Shown here: piece after piece, positions 8,621 to 18,791 of the stretch | Position numbering within the stretch: position 1 is the first letter of the stretch | Layout of the letters: the number at the start of each line of letters is the position of its first letter | Origin: a virus | DNA length: 64,000 bases | IMG/VR virus record: IMGVR_UViG_3300024052_000085 | Coordinates: 14,759-78,758 of that record | Direction: 5' to 3' (one strand) | Program-made: the position numbers and the translations under genes | The notes under the pieces: generated by a model | The model's database searches: none | What the model was told of the DNA's origin: nothing | The model's input: the letters and a program-made list of their open reading frames with translations, nothing else

Positions 8621-11054
8621 ATATCCTGGATGTAATTGCGAAGAGTGTCCTTTAAAAGATGAAGGTTTTGTTCCACCTAGCGGACCTGAAGATTCTGATA
8701 TCTTATTTATAGGACAAGCTCCTGCATATTACGAAGTTAGGAGTGGTAAACCCTTCTCAGGACCTTCAGGTAGTGTACTCGATGGTTCTCTAGAGAGTGT
8801 AGGATTACGTCGAGAAGACGTAAGAACAGATAATAGTGTACTTTGCTTTAATGCAGCAGGTTCAGGAGATCCTTCAATAGCTGCAGTAAGAGCATGTAAT
8901 GGGCACATTAAAGAGGCTTTAAGTAAATCTAAATATGTTGTACCTATGGGCAATAGTGCTTTAACTGCTATCTTTGATAAAGAAGTTGAAGGAATAACTC
9001 AATATGCTAATACACTATTCAGGCATAACGATAATATTATTCTTCCGCTAATACATCCAGCATTTTATCTTAGACAGTCAGGTGAAATGTTTAGAGACTT
9101 TTTAGAGGGTATGGCTCTACTCAAAGATCAAATAGACGGAGGTACTCTTTGGAATGACTTAGACTTTAAGTTTACAGTATTTAGGACTGTAGATGAAGTG
9201 ATTCCTTTTCTAGAGAACCTCAGAGATAATCCTCCAGAGACTCTTGCAGTTGACTTAGAAACAGATTTCCCAGATCCCGTAAGAGGTGTTATAACAGGTG
9301 TTTCGCTTTGTAGTAGATATGATGAGGCTTTTATTATTCCTTGGGACTCTAACTATTTGGAAAGTCACGGAAGCGATATTGAACCGCTTTTGGAATATCA
9401 AAACGTCTTCGACTTGCTCAAAGAAGCTTTAGAAGCTCAAGATGGAGTAGTAATGCATAATGCTCCTTTCGATGCAAGACTATTACGTCGAGAGGGTATA
9501 AATATTAGAGTCAGAGATGACAGTCTTTTAATGCATTATGCTTTAGATGAAAGAGCAACATCTCAAGGATTAAAGAAAGTTGCTAAAGTAATGTTAGGTA
9601 TTCAAGATTGGGAATCTGATCTTAAACAATACTTACCTAATAAGGCCGCTCCGTATACTATGATACCTCCTGAAGTATTATATCCTTATGCTGCTAGGGA
9701 TGCATGCTATACTTTAGTCTTGAGAGATTTACTTAGGAAACGTTTAGATGCTCCGGGAAACGAAGGTCCGTCATCTTTATACGAAAATATCTTAACTCCT
9801 TGTAACGAACTACTAATGGCTCTTAGTTTAGAAGGCGTGTCTATGGATTCGCAAATTCTTGTAGACGCTATGACTGAGATGCCTGCTAAGCTTACAGAGC
9901 TAGAAAAAGAATTAGAAGAGTTGTCAGGAGATAGATGGTTTAATCCTAGAAGCCCTAAACAGATTTCTGAAGTTATGTTTGGAAAACTTGGATTGAGACA
10001 GATTAATGGAACTAGTACAAATAAAGAAGTATTAGAACAGCTCTCTGGAGAACATGCTTTTGTAGATACTCTTATAGAGTATAGACAGTATCTAAAAGTA
10101 TCTTCTACCTATATGGAAAACTTTGCTAAGAGTTACCAAAATGGTAAAGGTTATCCAGATCTAAGATTATTTGGAACTGTTACAGGAAGGTTAAGTGGTA
10201 GTAAACTTAATCCTCTTACAATGCCTAGAGAGAGTAGAGGTGATTTATATCGTTCTATAAAGAATGTATTTATAGCAGATCCAGATTGTTTCTTATGGGC
10301 TTCAGATTACAGAGCTGCTGAATTAAGAGTTATGGCTGTATTAGCAAACGATGATTGGTTAATAGAACAATTAAGTAGTCCTGATATAGATTTTCACTCT
10401 ATAATGGCTGAACAAATATTCGGCGAAGAATTTATGGGTGCGGATAAATCCAGACAGAAGGAACTTCGAGTTATAGCAAAGATGTTCGTCTTTGGTCTTA
10501 ACTATGGAAGAGAAGCTCCCTCAATAGCTAAACAGTTAGGTTGCGGCATTAATGAAGCTACTGATTTAATAGCAAAATATTTTAAACCAATGCCTAACGT
10601 ATTAGCATGGCGTAAAGAAATGGAACGTACAGCTGTTGAAGATGAATATCTAGAGAATCCTTTTGGAAGACGAAGACGCTTTTCTTTAATAACAAAAGAT
10701 AATATTCATGATATAAAGAAGCAAGCTATTAACTCTCCAGTACAAGCTACAGCTAATGATCTTAACTTACTAACTATGGAAAGGATTAGAAGAGAGCTTG
10801 GACCTGAAGTAAGAACATTATGGCCAGTACATGATAGTATACTAATGAATGTTAAGGAGACAGTACCTAACGAAACACTATATGATCTAAGAGATATACT
10901 GTTTAAATATCCCAGTGAATTACTAAAGACAAGACTTCCTTTCTTTATTGATATCGCAGTAGGATATGCTTGGGGAACCTTAAAAGAAGTTAATGAAATT
11001 GAAGAGATTAAGGGTGCTTTAGCTCAACTCACACCTAGCAACTCAGCATCATAG
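8610..11054 (+). CDS. Family A DNA polymerase with N-terminal family 4 uracil-DNA glycosylase and 3'-5' exonuclease domains
   Basis: CEECPL, IGQAP, PFSGPSG, HPA; DLET, HNAPFD, YAARD; TGRLS, DYRAAELR, RVIAKMFVFGLNYG, PVHDS. Confidence 0.95.
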   Translation: MEPKYPGCNCEECPLKDEGFVPPSGPEDSDILFIGQAPAYYEVRSGKPFSGPSGSVLDGSLESVGLRREDVRTDNSVLCFNAAGSGDPSIAAVRACNGHIKEALSKSKYVVPMGNSALTAIFDKEVEGITQYANTLFRHNDNIILPLIHPAFYLRQSGEMFRDFLEGMALLKDQIDGGTLWNDLDFKFTVFRTVDEVIPFLENLRDNPPETLAVDLETDFPDPVRGVITGVSLCSRYDEAFIIPWDSNYLESHGSDIEPLLEYQNVFDLLKEALEAQDGVVMHNAPFDARLLRREGINIRVRDDSLLMHYALDERATSQGLKKVAKVMLGIQDWESDLKQYLPNKAAPYTMIPPEVLYPYAARDACYTLVLRDLLRKRLDAPGNEGPSSLYENILTPCNELLMALSLEGVSMDSQILVDAMTEMPAKLTELEKELEELSGDRWFNPRSPKQISEVMFGKLGLRQINGTSTNKEVLEQLSGEHAFVDTLIEYRQYLKVSSTYMENFAKSYQNGKGYPDLRLFGTVTGRLSGSKLNPLTMPRESRGDLYRSIKNVFIADPDCFLWASDYRAAELRVMAVLANDDWLIEQLSSPDIDFHSIMAEQIFGEEFMGADKSRQKELRVIAKMFVFGLNYGREAPSIAKQLGCGINEATDLIAKYFKPMPNVLAWRKEMERTAVEDEYLENPFGRRRRFSLITKDNIHDIKKQAINSPVQATANDLNLLTMERIRRELGPEVRTLWPVHDSILMNVKETVPNETLYDLRDILFKYPSELLKTRLPFFIDIAVGYAWGTLKEVNEIEEIKGALAQLTPSNSAS

Positions 11055-11060
11055 TAAGGT

Positions 11061-11090
11061 TTGAATGTTTAAAAGAAGCATCCCTATAAT
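11061..11090 (+). promoter_or_regulatory. Sigma70-like promoter of the structural operon
   Basis: TTGAAT-N18-TATAAT. Confidence 0.5.
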
Positions 11091-11138
11091 TAATTAAGGT
11101 GTTACACACTATTTACTTTTTTATGGAGGTAGTCAATC

Positions 11139-11228
11139 GTGGCTAAAGTTAAAGGATACTCTTACAAACGGAAGGGTAAAACCATCCGAGTAAAGGGTTA
11201 CAGTCGCAAAAAGTCCAAGAAACGCTAG
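11139..11228 (+). CDS. 29-aa highly basic peptide (putative genome-condensing protein)
   Basis: GGAGGT RBS, GTG start, MAKVKGYSYKRKGKTIRVKGYSRKKSKKR; not in the ORF track. Confidence 0.75.
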   Translation: MAKVKGYSYKRKGKTIRVKGYSRKKSKKR

Positions 11229-11280
11229 TCTTGACTACTTTGGACATTAAAGTTAAAATATTGAAAGGAGGGAACACCTT

Positions 11281-11481
11281 ATGATTGAGTCAGTTATTAA
11301 CGCTTTGGTTGCAGGTCTGATCGGCACGATTTCTTTTGTAGTTATCAAGAGTGTCGTTGCGGCTCAGAACACCACAGGTTGGTCTGCAGCTGAAATTGCC
11401 ATCGTGACAATTATTCCTGTTGTTCTGGCGATCTTGGTCGTCGTCGGCATGTTTATGGGTCTCACGAAGCTTCGTTCCTAA
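11281..11481 (+). CDS. Putative major capsid protein 1, hydrophobic hairpin (spindle-shaped-virus-like)
   Basis: Two hydrophobic helices, NTTGWS loop, IIPVV, basic C-terminus; strong RBS. Confidence 0.7.
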   Translation: MIESVINALVAGLIGTISFVVIKSVVAAQNTTGWSAAEIAIVTIIPVVLAILVVVGMFMGLTKLRS

Positions 11482-11529
11482 GTGGAAAATCCTATTAGGC
11501 AAAATTTTGAAAAAGGAGGTTAACTTATT

Positions 11530-11730
11530 ATGATTGAGTCAGTTATTAATGCTCTAGTCGCAGGTTTGATTGGTACGATCTCCTTCGTTGTAATTAAGTC
11601 TGTTGTTGCAGCCCAGAACACTACAGGCTGGAGTGCAGCTGAGATTGCTATCGTAACTATTATCCCTGTTGTACTCGCGATTCTCGTAGTTGTGGGTATG
11701 TTTATGGGACTAACTAAGATGCGAGCTTAG
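11530..11730 (+). CDS. Putative major capsid protein 2 (64/66 aa identical to copy 1)
   Basis: Tandem paralog with AAGGAGGT RBS. Confidence 0.7.
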   Translation: MIESVINALVAGLIGTISFVVIKSVVAAQNTTGWSAAEIAIVTIIPVVLAILVVVGMFMGLTKMRA

Positions 11731-11760
11731 GGTTAACTATGGGCTGATTGCCCAGGGTAT

Positions 11761-11805
11761 TGGGGATTCAGAACTTTTCGTAGCTGTTCTGGATCCCCAT
11801 TTTTT
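11761..11805 (+). terminator. Intrinsic terminator after the capsid genes
   Basis: TGGGGATTCAGAAC/GTTCTGGATCCCCA stem followed by a T run. Confidence 0.85.
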
Positions 11806-11822
11806 ATTCTAGGAGTTTCCAA

Positions 11823-14800
11823 ATGGGTCTTGATCATAGGTTTGGGGGAGATCATCCTCTTTCTTCTGGTCCTGCTAATGTACCAGAGCCTGAAGAATTA
11901 CAACAAATTACAGAATCTGAACCTGAATCTGTAGATACTTATGAACCGCCTGAAATGATCTCTTCAGGTATTCATGAAGTGTTTACTCAGGAAGATATTG
12001 ATTCTGCAGCTGATGATTGGCAAGATATAATGGATGCTCAGGAGCCAGATCCAGAACCTGAGTATGAACCAGATCCTGAACCTGATCCTATACCTGAACC
12101 TGTTGAAACTTTTATAGAAGATGACATCTTTTTCGATCAAACTGCTTCAGATGAAGAATATGAAGAGATAATAGATGCTGCTATTGAAGCAGCTATAGAA
12201 GAGCCTGTTGTAATAGTTCCTGCACCTGCTATAGGACCTCAGGAATCCGAACTTCCATTTATAGCTCCTCCTGACGAAATTATACTTCCTGATTCAGTTA
12301 CATCTGAAAGTCAAGAAGAGACTGAAACTAACGTTGAACTAGCTACTATTGCATTACAGACTGAGAAAGATTTATTAATAGTAGAAACTCAAAATGATAA
12401 CTTTGAAGAACTTGTTGAAAATATAGAAACAGTAACGGCTTCAGACGTGTTTAGGCAAGAAGCTGTAGGTAGTATTACTTCAGAACAAGCTGCTACTGTT
12501 TTAACTGAGATTAAAGGTAATCAAGAACAAGAACAACACGCTGCTCAGGTAGAGGCTTTAAGGCCTGCTACAGAGATTCAAGAAAGCTTAACAACCTTAA
12601 TCGAAATGGAAGGTGAAGGTTCAAGTTTCTTCTCTACCGTAAATAATCACTTTACAAGACATGTAGAATCTAGAACTGAAAGAGGTCTAGTTACTGATGA
12701 GGCTGAAGCAACTAGACTTTTTGAAACTATCCGAGATCAGTTAGCTCCTCAGTTAAAAGATCAGATAACCCACTTAGTATCTTCGGGAAACACTAGTATT
12801 ATAAATGCTCTAGATCATGGTTTTACTGAGAGAGAACTTAGAGATTTTGGTTACACTACTGAACACTATCAAAATGCAGTAGAAACTAGAACTATTAGAG
12901 ACGCTGTTATTATCAGCCATCAAGGAAATGTAATAGAGGCACTTGTAAAGAGTGAAGATGTTACAGAAGATAATTTAATTAAATTATATTCTGAAGAGAC
13001 TGTAGCTCAAATAGTTAACGTTTCTAACTTCGCAGACTCTGAAGGAATTGTAGATCCTTATGCTGCTATAGTTACAGATTCTGACAACATAGCAGAAGAT
13101 CTTAAATTGTTCTTTAACGAAGATTTTATAGATACTCTAGGAGAAGTTAGTGAGTATATTGAAGTTGGAGAAGAGGGTGAAGAGTCTTTAGTAAATGCAG
13201 AAAGTTACGTTAGAGACAGCCTTGAAGATGGTGATCTAGAAGTAGTAGAAGAGAATCTAACTAAGTTAGGTTTCTCTAATGCTTCATCTTATATCGAAAG
13301 CGTACAGACAATTGTAAAGGCCGAAATTGCTACAGATGTAATTGAAGAAGCTATAGGTATAGAAGATCTAAATAATTTCGAACCAGATAATAAAACTAGA
13401 TCCAGTAAAATATTTACATTATATGCAAGAACAGAAAATTCTGATTCCCAAGTATTAGTAGACTACGGTTATCCTGAAGATATTTCTGAAGGTATAATAG
13501 TAGTTAAAGATTTTATTGATACTGAAGGTGTTTTAGATTCTTATGGTGCTGCTCTAGGTGGTAAGACTAAAGAAGAACTAGAGGGTGCTGGTATTACAGA
13601 AGCTGATGCTAATTCAGCCACTCAATGGGGTCGAGTATCTAGAGCTATTTATGCAGATATTGGAGTACGTCCAGAAAATGTTACTCCTCTACAAGCAGCT
13701 AAATCTCAAGGTATTTATGGTACTTCAATACTATTTGGAGATAACATTGCTTGGGCTGCAATGCATACTGTTCCACATCTTACTAAAGATGGTACCTTAC
13801 TACCTCAAGTAGCTATGGCTAACGGTTTAAATAGTAATCATTTAATTACTTTGGGCGTTCCGGAAGAGAGAGTAAGGAATCTTCGAACTTTATCTACGTA
13901 CTTTAATAAAGATAATAGAGAATACGATACCGCTTTAATGTGGTCAGATCCAGAAGCTCGAGAAGCAATCTTAAATCTAGCTCCTCAAGATACCGATAGT
14001 TTAGAATCAGCTTTTAAGTTCGGAGAAGCTAGAGAAACCTTTAGACTATCTTTTGGTATTGATTCGTATTCAGACGATCCAGGAATAGATGCTCCTACAG
14101 ACCTCAGTACTGCTACTCCTATAGCTTTTATTCATCAAGGCGGTGATCCTCAAGTTCTTAAAGATATGACTGTCGATCCCGAAACTGTAGATGCGATAGT
14201 TACTTTAAATAACTTTGGAACGATATCTAGAGAAGGTAGTATAGATATTAGAAGATCTATGGATCATAACGAAGCTGAACCTGATAAAGGAATTAAAGCT
14301 GCGTTAAGAACTTTAGAAGTGTCTTGGGAAGATATAAACAAACAAGAGAAAAGAATAGAAGAAGCTCCTTTAGTAAGAGCTGCTCAATCTAGACTTGGAT
14401 TAACTGATAGTAGTCTGCCTGATGAGATAACAGGAGATGTTAGTACTTTTAATCCTACTAAATACTATCTAGAAAACGGTCCTGAAGATTTTACAATTGC
14501 AAAGTTTAAACCTGAATACGTTGAAGCTTTAGAAACTTTATATAACAACGATAGAATAGCTTCTGATGGCTCGCTGTTAATAGGTAATTTAATCACTCTT
14601 AAAGATGATTTTACTACTGAATGGGTTCCTGCTGCAATACCTTTAGAAAACGAAGAGTATCAAGCTTTAACTACTTTAGGAGTCGATGTAACTGAGATTC
14701 CAGAGTATGAAAGCTATATGCATTCTTTAGTAAAGACTGAAGGTGTTCCAGATGAGCTTAGTTTAATTACTGAATACGATTCTAATGGTGAGCTAGTAAG

Positions 14801-17800
14801 ATCTTCTCAGGATATGGTCTTAGCTAGATTAAATATAATTAACAATCCTGGAAGTAATAGAGAAACTCCAGATGAAGTAAGAGAAAGAGAATCTGGGAGA
14901 GGTTCTCTAGCTTCTATATCTAGAACATCTATTCCTGATATTGCTTCTATAGCTAATATTAAGGGCGTCGATAATATTATCAATTACTTTGATTGGAGTG
15001 GACCTCAGGAAGTAGTAGATTTAGGTAAAAGGTATTTTAATTATCTACGTACTCAGAAAGAGAGAGATAAAGAACGAAGAGAGCAAATAGCTCTTCTAAA
15101 GGCAGAGGGTGAACTTGCTTTAGAAGACACTAGATTCATTTCTGCTTTATCTGGTGATCAAACGTTTACTCCTAACGTTGCAACTCTTTGGAAGTCCGTA
15201 ACTTCGGATGATAAGTTTGACTATGAAGATTATTTACCAGGTATGTTGCCTTTAGATTCTAGAACTCCTTTAGGTGTTAGGGATCAAGCAAGAATAGCTG
15301 CCTCAGGAGAAGGTATAGGTACTCAGGCAGCTCTTATGGCGGCTGGAGCCGTTATGGGTATGGTAGATCCTCTTCAGATAGGTTCAGATGTAAAAGAAGG
15401 TTGGGGTGCATGGGAGCAGGAACAAGAGCTTATCGATCAACGTAGAGCAGAAAGAATTGAAGCCTTAACTTCTACAGAATTAGCAGAAGAGGAACGAGTT
15501 AAAGAAGAGGGATTGTCTAGAACTGAAATGATGTTCTCGTCTGCAGCACTTTCAGGAATTGATTCAAAAGGGCCTTCAGCAGATGTAATAAGAATGATTC
15601 CTGGCCAAGAAGATTATGCTCCAGGTAGAATAGAATGGTTTACTAAAATGATGGCTGTAGGTATGGTTCCTGGAGTAGGAACTGTTCAAGGTGTTACTGC
15701 AGCTATTAAAGCTCCAGAACATATTTCTAGAAGCATGGCTATAGGTCAAGCTGTTGGCTCTACTATTATGGATCTAGCTTTCTTCCTTCCTTTGGCAAAA
15801 ATTAGAATACGTCCTTCAACCATTAAAAATACTGGAGTGACACATATTTCTAATAGAGCTGATGATGCTATAAGAGAGTTTTCTAAAGCTCGAGATGTTC
15901 TATTAAAACAAGGTAAAGATGCTCCTACACTAAAATTTGAAGAAGTCTCTAGTTATGACCATATACGAGAAGTTAATAGAGTTATAGATAATCTAGAAGA
16001 CGTTGAGGGATTAAATATACTTCCAGACGAGTTAGTCGTTTCGAATAATTTAGATCCTATGCACGTATCAAATTCTATAAACGCTCGGAAGGGTATAATA
16101 GATCATCTAGATAGTAAGGTAACTGTTGAAAATCTTCTTGATGATGTAAACTCTCCTAAAAATATTTCAGACAAAGTTAAATTAGAATTTGAAATCGATA
16201 CTAACGTACCCGATCCTAGATTAAATTCTGAAGATCTTAATACTGTTATTCAACTTCTTAAAGAAGACAAACCTGAAAGTGTACAGATTGAATATTGGGC
16301 AGTTAAGGAATCCAAAGATTCTGCTCCAGCAATAAAACCAGAAGGTACTATTAAATCTAAAAGTCCTGCTGCAGAGATTGCAGAACTTCGTAGATCTGCT
16401 AATTCTATTGAAGAACTTAATATCCCAAGCATGAAAGAGACAATACGTGCTAATGAACAAAACCCTAGTGGAGGTATTGATAGAGCACAATTTTTAGACG
16501 AATCTTTAAATCGTTTAGAAGAACAAGTAGCGAGTAAGAGAAGTAGAGCGGATCTTCTTGAAAGAGGAGAGACACCAGAAGACTTTTCAACAATAATATC
16601 TGAAGGAGATTTACTATCTTCAATCAATAGAGTTACTCCTACTGAACTTAAAGCTTATGTTGATGGTATTCGTGAAGCACTTGAAGAAGCAGATATAACT
16701 GTAGTTGTTAAAGTTAAAGAAGGAAAGGCAATAACTGCAGATCAAGTATTGACTCCTGATGAAATAAAATTTATACCTGAACAATCTAAGTTCGACGCTG
16801 CTGCAGAAGGTTTTGGAACTCCTCCTAAAGATGAAGTTGTAAAGATGCCTTCTGAGGATGATTTTTTTACTCGTTTAGATGATCAATGGGAGCCAGAGGG
16901 TACATCAGATTTTAATATTCAAGATATTATAGGACCTGGACCTAGCGATGGCCCTACGGCATTTACAGGAACGTCTGCTGTTATGGAACGAGTAGGTGCG
17001 GAAGTACAGCCTCAAGTATCTTCTGCTCAACTACAACAAGCTATGCAGCAAGCAGACAACCTAGGTATACAAATAAAAGGTACTGTAACAAGTCCTGAAG
17101 ATTTAAATTACTATGTTCAATATACTACTGAAACGACAGCTACACCTGTAACTCTTTCTTTCACTGACTTCTTTGGTCCCGCTTTAGGTACTTCTCTATC
17201 TTCGACTATGGAACAATATAGAGGTCTTGATTATGCTGAGTTACCTAAATCTTTATCTGTTACAGGTTATACTCCTGTAATTGATTTGTCTGCCTATAAC
17301 TTTAATACTTCAGGAGAAGCTTCAGCTGTTCCAACGTCTTATACCCCCTACTTTAGTAGCTATATTGGAGAAGACCAAGTAAGTCAGGGAATTAATCCTA
17401 TTCTCTATAATAGAGGTTTAGAAGGTTTAGCTATAGCCCCTAATATAGGTTCTAATAAATCTCCTCAAGGTCTATTAGGAGGAGTAGATACTATAGGTAA
17501 GTTTGATAAAACGATTCCTATGATGTTAACTGCACCTGATAATCCAGTAAGATTTGAACCAGGTAAAGGTTGGGTTCAAGATACTGGAGAGTATACTTTT
17601 ACTGATGCTACAGGCGGTCAAGAACAAAGAATAATATCTACAGGCACTGGAACAGAAGGAATGTCAGGTGTAACACCTTCTGAATTTACAAGTCCGGGCT
17701 CTAGACAATTTGTAGGTCCTGGATCTAAACAATTTGTAGCTCCTGGAGAGGGTATATCTAGTAGTCCTGTTTCAGGCACTAGGTCGAGTACTAGTTCTTC

Positions 17801-18434
17801 TACAAGCGCAGCTAGTAAGGCGGGAACTAAATCATCTACTAGTTCAGCAACTAAATCAGCAACTAGCTCTGGAACCAAGTCTGCTACAAGTGCTACTACA
17901 GCTTCAGCTCAATCAATTCAGTCAGCTATGTCCACAGGAACAGCTTCTGCAGTTAGTGTTTCGACTGGAGTTAGTGTAGATGTATCTCCTTTAATATCTC
18001 CGGCGATCAAACCTGTAGTTAAACCTAAACTTAAGGATAAGCTTAAGGAAGATACAAAAGTTAAGAGTCCAAAATTACCTAAGAGAAAACCTAAAGTTAG
18101 GGGAAAGGATAAGGATAAGAAAGTGGACGAGAAATATAAGGCAGCTAATATTAAAGGTGCAGTAGCTTGGAAGCAAGATGATGTTACTGGTGTTTATGTA
18201 ATTTGGTATCCTCCGTATAATTTAGAGACTTTAGATTATGCTCTTCAAATTCCTGGGGGAGTTAAACGAGTAAAGACTATTCAAACTGCTTGGAGATGGA
18301 TACATAATAGAGGAGGTGAGGTACCTGAAGATTCTTTAAGAGAAGTAGCTCTACTAGCTAAATCGTCTGCTCCTAGTCCTGCAAGTACTTTAGATGATAT
18401 CTTGGGAGGAGAAGGAAAATTAATATTAAAGTAG
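11823..18434 (+). CDS. 2203-aa putative virion/DNA-delivery protein
   Basis: Acidic PE-rich N-terminus, degenerate helical repeats, hydrophobic segment, S/T-rich linker, K/P-rich C-terminus; follows the capsid genes. Confidence 0.55.
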   Translation: MGLDHRFGGDHPLSSGPANVPEPEELQQITESEPESVDTYEPPEMISSGIHEVFTQEDIDSAADDWQDIMDAQEPDPEPEYEPDPEPDPIPEPVETFIEDDIFFDQTASDEEYEEIIDAAIEAAIEEPVVIVPAPAIGPQESELPFIAPPDEIILPDSVTSESQEETETNVELATIALQTEKDLLIVETQNDNFEELVENIETVTASDVFRQEAVGSITSEQAATVLTEIKGNQEQEQHAAQVEALRPATEIQESLTTLIEMEGEGSSFFSTVNNHFTRHVESRTERGLVTDEAEATRLFETIRDQLAPQLKDQITHLVSSGNTSIINALDHGFTERELRDFGYTTEHYQNAVETRTIRDAVIISHQGNVIEALVKSEDVTEDNLIKLYSEETVAQIVNVSNFADSEGIVDPYAAIVTDSDNIAEDLKLFFNEDFIDTLGEVSEYIEVGEEGEESLVNAESYVRDSLEDGDLEVVEENLTKLGFSNASSYIESVQTIVKAEIATDVIEEAIGIEDLNNFEPDNKTRSSKIFTLYARTENSDSQVLVDYGYPEDISEGIIVVKDFIDTEGVLDSYGAALGGKTKEELEGAGITEADANSATQWGRVSRAIYADIGVRPENVTPLQAAKSQGIYGTSILFGDNIAWAAMHTVPHLTKDGTLLPQVAMANGLNSNHLITLGVPEERVRNLRTLSTYFNKDNREYDTALMWSDPEAREAILNLAPQDTDSLESAFKFGEARETFRLSFGIDSYSDDPGIDAPTDLSTATPIAFIHQGGDPQVLKDMTVDPETVDAIVTLNNFGTISREGSIDIRRSMDHNEAEPDKGIKAALRTLEVSWEDINKQEKRIEEAPLVRAAQSRLGLTDSSLPDEITGDVSTFNPTKYYLENGPEDFTIAKFKPEYVEALETLYNNDRIASDGSLLIGNLITLKDDFTTEWVPAAIPLENEEYQALTTLGVDVTEIPEYESYMHSLVKTEGVPDELSLITEYDSNGELVRSSQDMVLARLNIINNPGSNRETPDEVRERESGRGSLASISRTSIPDIASIANIKGVDNIINYFDWSGPQEVVDLGKRYFNYLRTQKERDKERREQIALLKAEGELALEDTRFISALSGDQTFTPNVATLWKSVTSDDKFDYEDYLPGMLPLDSRTPLGVRDQARIAASGEGIGTQAALMAAGAVMGMVDPLQIGSDVKEGWGAWEQEQELIDQRRAERIEALTSTELAEEERVKEEGLSRTEMMFSSAALSGIDSKGPSADVIRMIPGQEDYAPGRIEWFTKMMAVGMVPGVGTVQGVTAAIKAPEHISRSMAIGQAVGSTIMDLAFFLPLAKIRIRPSTIKNTGVTHISNRADDAIREFSKARDVLLKQGKDAPTLKFEEVSSYDHIREVNRVIDNLEDVEGLNILPDELVVSNNLDPMHVSNSINARKGIIDHLDSKVTVENLLDDVNSPKNISDKVKLEFEIDTNVPDPRLNSEDLNTVIQLLKEDKPESVQIEYWAVKESKDSAPAIKPEGTIKSKSPAAEIAELRRSANSIEELNIPSMKETIRANEQNPSGGIDRAQFLDESLNRLEEQVASKRSRADLLERGETPEDFSTIISEGDLLSSINRVTPTELKAYVDGIREALEEADITVVVKVKEGKAITADQVLTPDEIKFIPEQSKFDAAAEGFGTPPKDEVVKMPSEDDFFTRLDDQWEPEGTSDFNIQDIIGPGPSDGPTAFTGTSAVMERVGAEVQPQVSSAQLQQAMQQADNLGIQIKGTVTSPEDLNYYVQYTTETTATPVTLSFTDFFGPALGTSLSSTMEQYRGLDYAELPKSLSVTGYTPVIDLSAYNFNTSGEASAVPTSYTPYFSSYIGEDQVSQGINPILYNRGLEGLAIAPNIGSNKSPQGLLGGVDTIGKFDKTIPMMLTAPDNPVRFEPGKGWVQDTGEYTFTDATGGQEQRIISTGTGTEGMSGVTPSEFTSPGSRQFVGPGSKQFVAPGEGISSSPVSGTRSSTSSSTSAASKAGTKSSTSSATKSATSSGTKSATSATTASAQSIQSAMSTGTASAVSVSTGVSVDVSPLISPAIKPVVKPKLKDKLKEDTKVKSPKLPKRKPKVRGKDKDKKVDEKYKAANIKGAVAWKQDDVTGVYVIWYPPYNLETLDYALQIPGGVKRVKTIQTAWRWIHNRGGEVPEDSLREVALLAKSSAPSPASTLDDILGGEGKLILK

Positions 18435-18441
18435 GTTAATT

Positions 18442-18759
18442 ATGAGAAATATTTTAAGAAGGCAGTTTCATTGGGTTTATGGTAAAACGGGTATGGGTAA
18501 ACCTATAGTTATGGGTCCTTATAGTGAACATTTAAAAGCGAATACAATTTCTGAGAAATTAGAAGATGGTAGAGTCTTCAGTCTCAATACTCGAAATATG
18601 CAGCAAGCTACAAGAACTATTAAAGCTCAACTCGTTCAATCAACAGGTAAAATAGATGAACATATTCAAAGACATGGACACTCTGTAGAAGGTCAGAAGG
18701 TTTCTTTTGATAATCCTACTTCTAGTTTAGCTAACGAAATTATGAGATCCTCAGATTAA
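18442..18759 (+). CDS. Hypothetical protein
   Basis: ORF within the morphogenesis operon. Confidence 0.65.
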   Translation: MRNILRRQFHWVYGKTGMGKPIVMGPYSEHLKANTISEKLEDGRVFSLNTRNMQQATRTIKAQLVQSTGKIDEHIQRHGHSVEGQKVSFDNPTSSLANEIMRSSD

Positions 18760-18772
18760 ATTAGGTTATAAT
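18751..18772 (+). promoter_or_regulatory. Virus-specific promoter motif
   Basis: TCAGATTAAA-N6-TATAAT followed by AAGGAGGT RBS. Confidence 0.65.
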
Positions 18773-18791
18773 TTTTCAAAGGAGGTTTAAT

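Noticed and set aside
8610-11054. Intein or intron in the polymerase
   Set aside because: Motifs are contiguous; the extra length is explained by the UDG domain
11823-18434. Tail tape measure protein of a tailed phage
   Set aside because: No tail tube, chaperone or baseplate genes nearby; acidic composition atypical
18442-18759. P-loop ATPase (GKTGMGKP)
   Set aside because: Ends in P instead of S/T, no Walker B, only 105 aa
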